A stretch of 18,836 bases of DNA from a virus (taxonomy: Duplodnaviria; Heunggongvirae; Uroviricota; Caudoviricetes), in the IMG/VR virus record IMGVR_UViG_2541047960_000007, positions 1-18,836 of that record. One strand, given 5' to 3'. Under the pieces are notes generated by a model, which worked only from the letters and a program-made list of their open reading frames with translations, was not told where the DNA came from and searched no databases. A program made the position numbers and the translations under genes. This document shows positions 13,295-18,836 of the stretch, piece by piece (the stretch's first letter is position 1; each line of letters opens with the position of its first letter).

Positions 13295-13384
13295 ATGAAT
13301 AACCCCGTCTGTCTTGATGACTGGTTGATTGGCTTTAAAAGCTTATGCTGTACTTTGGCCGTAATAGCTCTGCTAATAATATAA
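13295..13384 (+). CDS. Candidate 29-aa hydrophobic small protein
   Basis: GGAGAG, then 5 nt, then ATG. Translation [29 protein letters not shown] has a single C-terminal hydrophobic helix. Lies between cspF and the terminator at 13534-13565. Confidence 0.3.
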
Positions 13385-13533
13385 TAAGCAGACTCATTGT
13401 GTTTAGGGACATTGTACTGGAAGAAAACATTTTAAACATCAGGCAAATAACCAAGTCACCAGCTAAATAATAAGTTAACAGACATGAGTCCCGGGATGAG
13501 ATTCAACATTACCATTGCCCCATTTAAAGCACA

Positions 13534-13565
13534 AAACCCGCTCATCAGCGGGTTTTCTACTTTTT
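13534..13565. terminator. Intrinsic terminator, bidirectional (cspF-operon terminator and candidate tR' for the late leader)
   Basis: AAACCCGC-TCATCA-GCGGGTTT followed by TTTTCTACTTTTT on the plus strand. On the minus strand the hairpin is followed by TTTTGTGCTTT. Confidence 0.6.
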
Positions 13566-13595
13566 CTTAACGTCGGGTATACAAAGCCCATCGTT

Positions 13596-13630
13596 GAAAA
13601 AATTTTATCCATATTTTTTGAAAAATGCAA
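13596..13630 (-). promoter_or_regulatory. Candidate sigma70 late promoter (pR'-like) immediately downstream of Q
   Basis: Minus strand TTGCAT (13630-13625), 17-nt spacer, TAAAAT (13607-13602). Lies about 32 nt after the Q stop; the terminator hairpin is roughly 45-60 nt downstream of the predicted start site. Confidence 0.4.
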
Positions 13631-13661
13631 ACATCATGTCGCCATCTTCAGCAAAAATCAT

Positions 13662-16359
<2,698 letters not shown>

Positions 16360-16402
16360 TGAGGTGTACTGGCAATAGCGGACACAACCATTTGTTCTTT
16401 TT

Positions 16403-17221
16403 TTAAGCAGCCATCTGATGATATTTTTCCCTGAAGGCTGCCGGGGAGATATTCCCCAGACGAGAGTGACGACGCTGACGATTGTAGAAAATCTCAATGT
16501 ATTCCCGTATTACTGAGATGGCTTCATCCCGGTTATTAAAACGATAGTGGCTCAGGCTCTCATTTTTCAGCGTTCCCCAGAAGCTTTCCATCGGAGCGTT
16601 GTCGTAACAGTTACCTTTACGCGACATTGATGTTTTCAGACCAAACTGCTCCTGTATGACCCGGTAATCGTATGCGCAGTACTGTGAACCTCGATCAGAG
16701 TGGTGGATTAGCCCGGCAGGTGGGCGCTGGCTCCTGAGCGCCATAAACAGGGCTTTACCTGTCAGCTCTTTTGTCATGCGCTCTCCCATGGCGTAGCCGA
16801 CAATTTCGCACGTATAAACATCTTTGATGCCAGCGAGGTACAACCATCCCTCCTGTGTGGCAACATACGTCAGGTCCGCCACCCAGACCTGATTTGGTGC
16901 TGTAGGAGTGAACGTCTGGTTCAGCAGATTTGGCGCAACTGGCAGATTGTGGTTCGGGTTCGTAGTCGCTCTGAACTTGCGTTTCTGCTTACAGCGTAGC
17001 CTTAGCTCCTTACGAAGACGTGCCAGTCGGTCACGACCAACGATGATGCCATTCTCTGCCAGCTCCGTCTGGAGCCGCCGGGTTCCATATGTTTCGCGAG
17101 TGCGGATATGTGCCACCTTAATCTCCAGTTTTAGCCGCTCATCACTTTGTTTTCTGTCTGAGGGTTCATGCTGTACCCAGTTGTAATAACCGCTCCTGGA
17201 TACACCAAATACCTGACACAT
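16403..17221 (-). CDS. IS3-family transposase OrfB (IS600), expressed as an OrfAB fusion by -1 frameshift
   Basis: DDE catalytic region (..HSDRGSQY.., ..SRKGNCYDNAPMESFWGTLK..). The orfB frame is -1 relative to orfA, with an A7G slippery run at 17301-17308 inside the orfA 3' end. Confidence 0.9.
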   Translation of the reverse strand: MCQVFGVSRSGYYNWVQHEPSDRKQSDERLKLEIKVAHIRTRETYGTRRLQTELAENGIIVGRDRLARLRKELRLRCKQKRKFRATTNPNHNLPVAPNLLNQTFTPTAPNQVWVADLTYVATQEGWLYLAGIKDVYTCEIVGYAMGERMTKELTGKALFMALRSQRPPAGLIHHSDRGSQYCAYDYRVIQEQFGLKTSMSRKGNCYDNAPMESFWGTLKNESLSHYRFNNRDEAISVIREYIEIFYNRQRRHSRLGNISPAAFREKYHQMAA

Positions 17222-17256
17222 CGCTTCAATGGGAAATTGTTGTCGCCATTGTTCGA

Positions 17257-17559
17257 TTAACGCGTATTTTTCAGCGACTCCTGTGCAAAATACGCTGTTG
17301 CTTTTTTTAATATATCTCGCTCAAGGCGAGCTTCATTTAACGCCTTACGCAGTTGCAGAATTTCAGATTCCAGTTCAGCCACCGTGCGGGAACCAGGAGT
17401 ACCGAGCCCTTTTCTGGCGGCGGTAACCCATTGTCCTAAAGTGCCTTCAGGAAGAGATAATCGGGAAGCGCCTTCGCTGATCGAAAGTTGATTTTCAAGA
17501 ACCGTTCTGACAGCTTCGGCTTTGAACTCTTTAGAGTAACGTTGGTTTTTTCTGCTCAT
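17257..17559 (-). CDS. IS3-family transposase OrfA (IS600)
   Basis: 100 aa with an HTH and leucine-zipper-like region (MSRKNQRYSKEFKAEAVRTVLENQLSISEGASRL...LERDILKKATAYFAQ). Confidence 0.9.
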   Translation of the reverse strand: MSRKNQRYSKEFKAEAVRTVLENQLSISEGASRLSLPEGTLGQWVTAARKGLGTPGSRTVAELESEILQLRKALNEARLERDILKKATAYFAQESLKNTR

Positions 17560-17623
17560 TATTAGCTCCTTCTGATGCCATTCTATTTCAGGAAGGAGTG
17601 TCCGTTAAACTCAGGCTACCTCA

Positions 17624-18836
17624 GTCAGCTTTAGGTTTAACATAGTATTTTGAGCGTAAATCAATACGGGCATTATCCACTCGTTCATGGACACTCTTTT
17701 CATCATCCAGTGGTATAGGCTCCGGGCCATCAACATACTTTTCCCAGCCCAGCGCTTTCCCGTCATACAGAACGTTAATTTCACCGTCAAAGTTCTCGCA
17801 TACAGTAACAACCGAATGCCTAAGTCGATATCCCCGGCCCTCACTGCGTACCTGAAACGCACTGCTTTTGTACTGGAAAGTGAGATTTTTAGACAGAACG
17901 CGCTTCGCCTGTAGGCTGAAGATATAACCCAGTTCCTCTTCAGAATGGTGCACATCAAGATGAGCATTATCAGTAGTACGAGGCGACGTAGCGAACCGGT
18001 TGTTATAGGCTTCAATAAAGGTCGGCAACCATGCATTTGCTGTTTCAATATCACTGATATTCTGAAGCCGCATTTCTTTGACCAGCCTGTCCTGTAGTGT
18101 CTGATTGGCGCGCTCTACCCGCCCTTTTGCCTGCGGGCTGTTGGCATGGATTGGCTCGATGCCCAGTGTCTTTATCGCACGAGTGAACTGGGTCAGCTCA
18201 CCTTCCCGCTCTGGGTTATTTACCCTGAATATACTGTGTCTATCAGAGTAGAGAGCGAGCGGTACGCCATGATCATTAAGGTAACCCCGGAGGGTTTCCA
18301 TGTAAGCCCGGGTTGTTTCAGCAGGCACAAAACGCAACGCCATCAACGCACTGGTGGCATCATCAATGAAAACGATCAGTGTACATCTGGGGCCTCGATT
18401 TTCAAACCAGTCATGAGGTGAGCCATCAATCTGGATCAGTTCACCGTAAGATGGTCGTCGCATGCGGCGTTGATATATACGGGCAATTTTACGACGGCGT
18501 TCACGCCATAACCCCTCTTCTATCATCCACTTTCTGAGAGTTTCAACGGATAAAGATAAACCGTGTATCTCGCGCAATTTTTCGCACGCAAACGTAGGTC
18601 CAAAATCAGCGTAACGGCCTTTGAGGAGTGAAATTACTGTTGCTCTGAATTCAGTAGAAAAGGAATTATTAGGACGCTTTCCACGTCGGTGGGAAACCAG
18701 ACCAGAAGGCCCTTCATTTCTATACCGTTGCACCTGAACCGCCCCGGGTTTCCTGGAGAGTGTTTTATCTGTGAACTCAGGCTGCCAGATCATCGTTTCC
18801 GATGGAAGCATAATAAGCTTTTTCTGCTTCTGCCGG
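17624..18836 (-). pseudogene. DDE (rve/integrase-core) transposase gene of another IS (IS481/ISNCY-like), 3' end interrupted by IS600; 5' end may extend beyond the window
   Basis: Translation carries D (LIQIDGS), D (LYSDRHS) and E (KGRVERANQ) motifs. Its stop codon TGA (17621-17623) is supplied by the terminal TCA of IS600. The frame stays open upstream of the first ATG to the window edge, and there is no clear RBS. Confidence 0.65.

Larger units (their letters stand above)
16360..17623 (-). mobile_element. IS600 (IS3 family), complete, 1264 bp
   Basis: Ends are TGAGGTGTACTGG... (16360) and ...AGGCTACCTCA (17623), with TGAGGT terminal inverted repeats. The 1264-bp length and OrfA 100 aa/OrfB 272 aa match IS600 as recalled. 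No 3-bp target duplication (flanks TAA versus GTC). Confidence 0.85.

Overview
This window is the late region of a lambdoid prophage from the Escherichia/Shigella lineage, heavily scarred by insertion sequences. All calls rest on reading the ORF translations and the raw sequence; no alignment or database search was run, so family names and lambda/K-12 locus names come from recall. On the minus strand, from high to low coordinates: a Q-type antiterminator gene (Qin quuQ-like) split by an IS100 copy and cut at its 5' end by an IS600 copy; a moron block of cold-shock paralogs (cspF, cspB, cspI), a zinc-ribbon small protein, gnsB and ynfN; a phage-21-type lysis cassette (pinholin, DUF1327 gene, SAR endolysin, Rz with embedded Rz1); a lambda-type cos site; and a lambda-like packaging/head module (Nu1, A, W, B, C/Nu3, D, E, all full length) ending in an FI gene truncated by a partial IS911-like element at the left edge. 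A fourth transposase gene (rve-type DDE) lies beyond IS600 at the right edge. No rRNA, tRNA or CRISPR array was seen. I found no clearly novel multi-gene system. The most interesting items are two unannotated small ORFs with strong ribosome-binding sites, a pR'-like promoter with a short leader terminator, a one-base cosN variant, and the reconstructable IS junctions that explain why this structurally intact prophage is probably silent.
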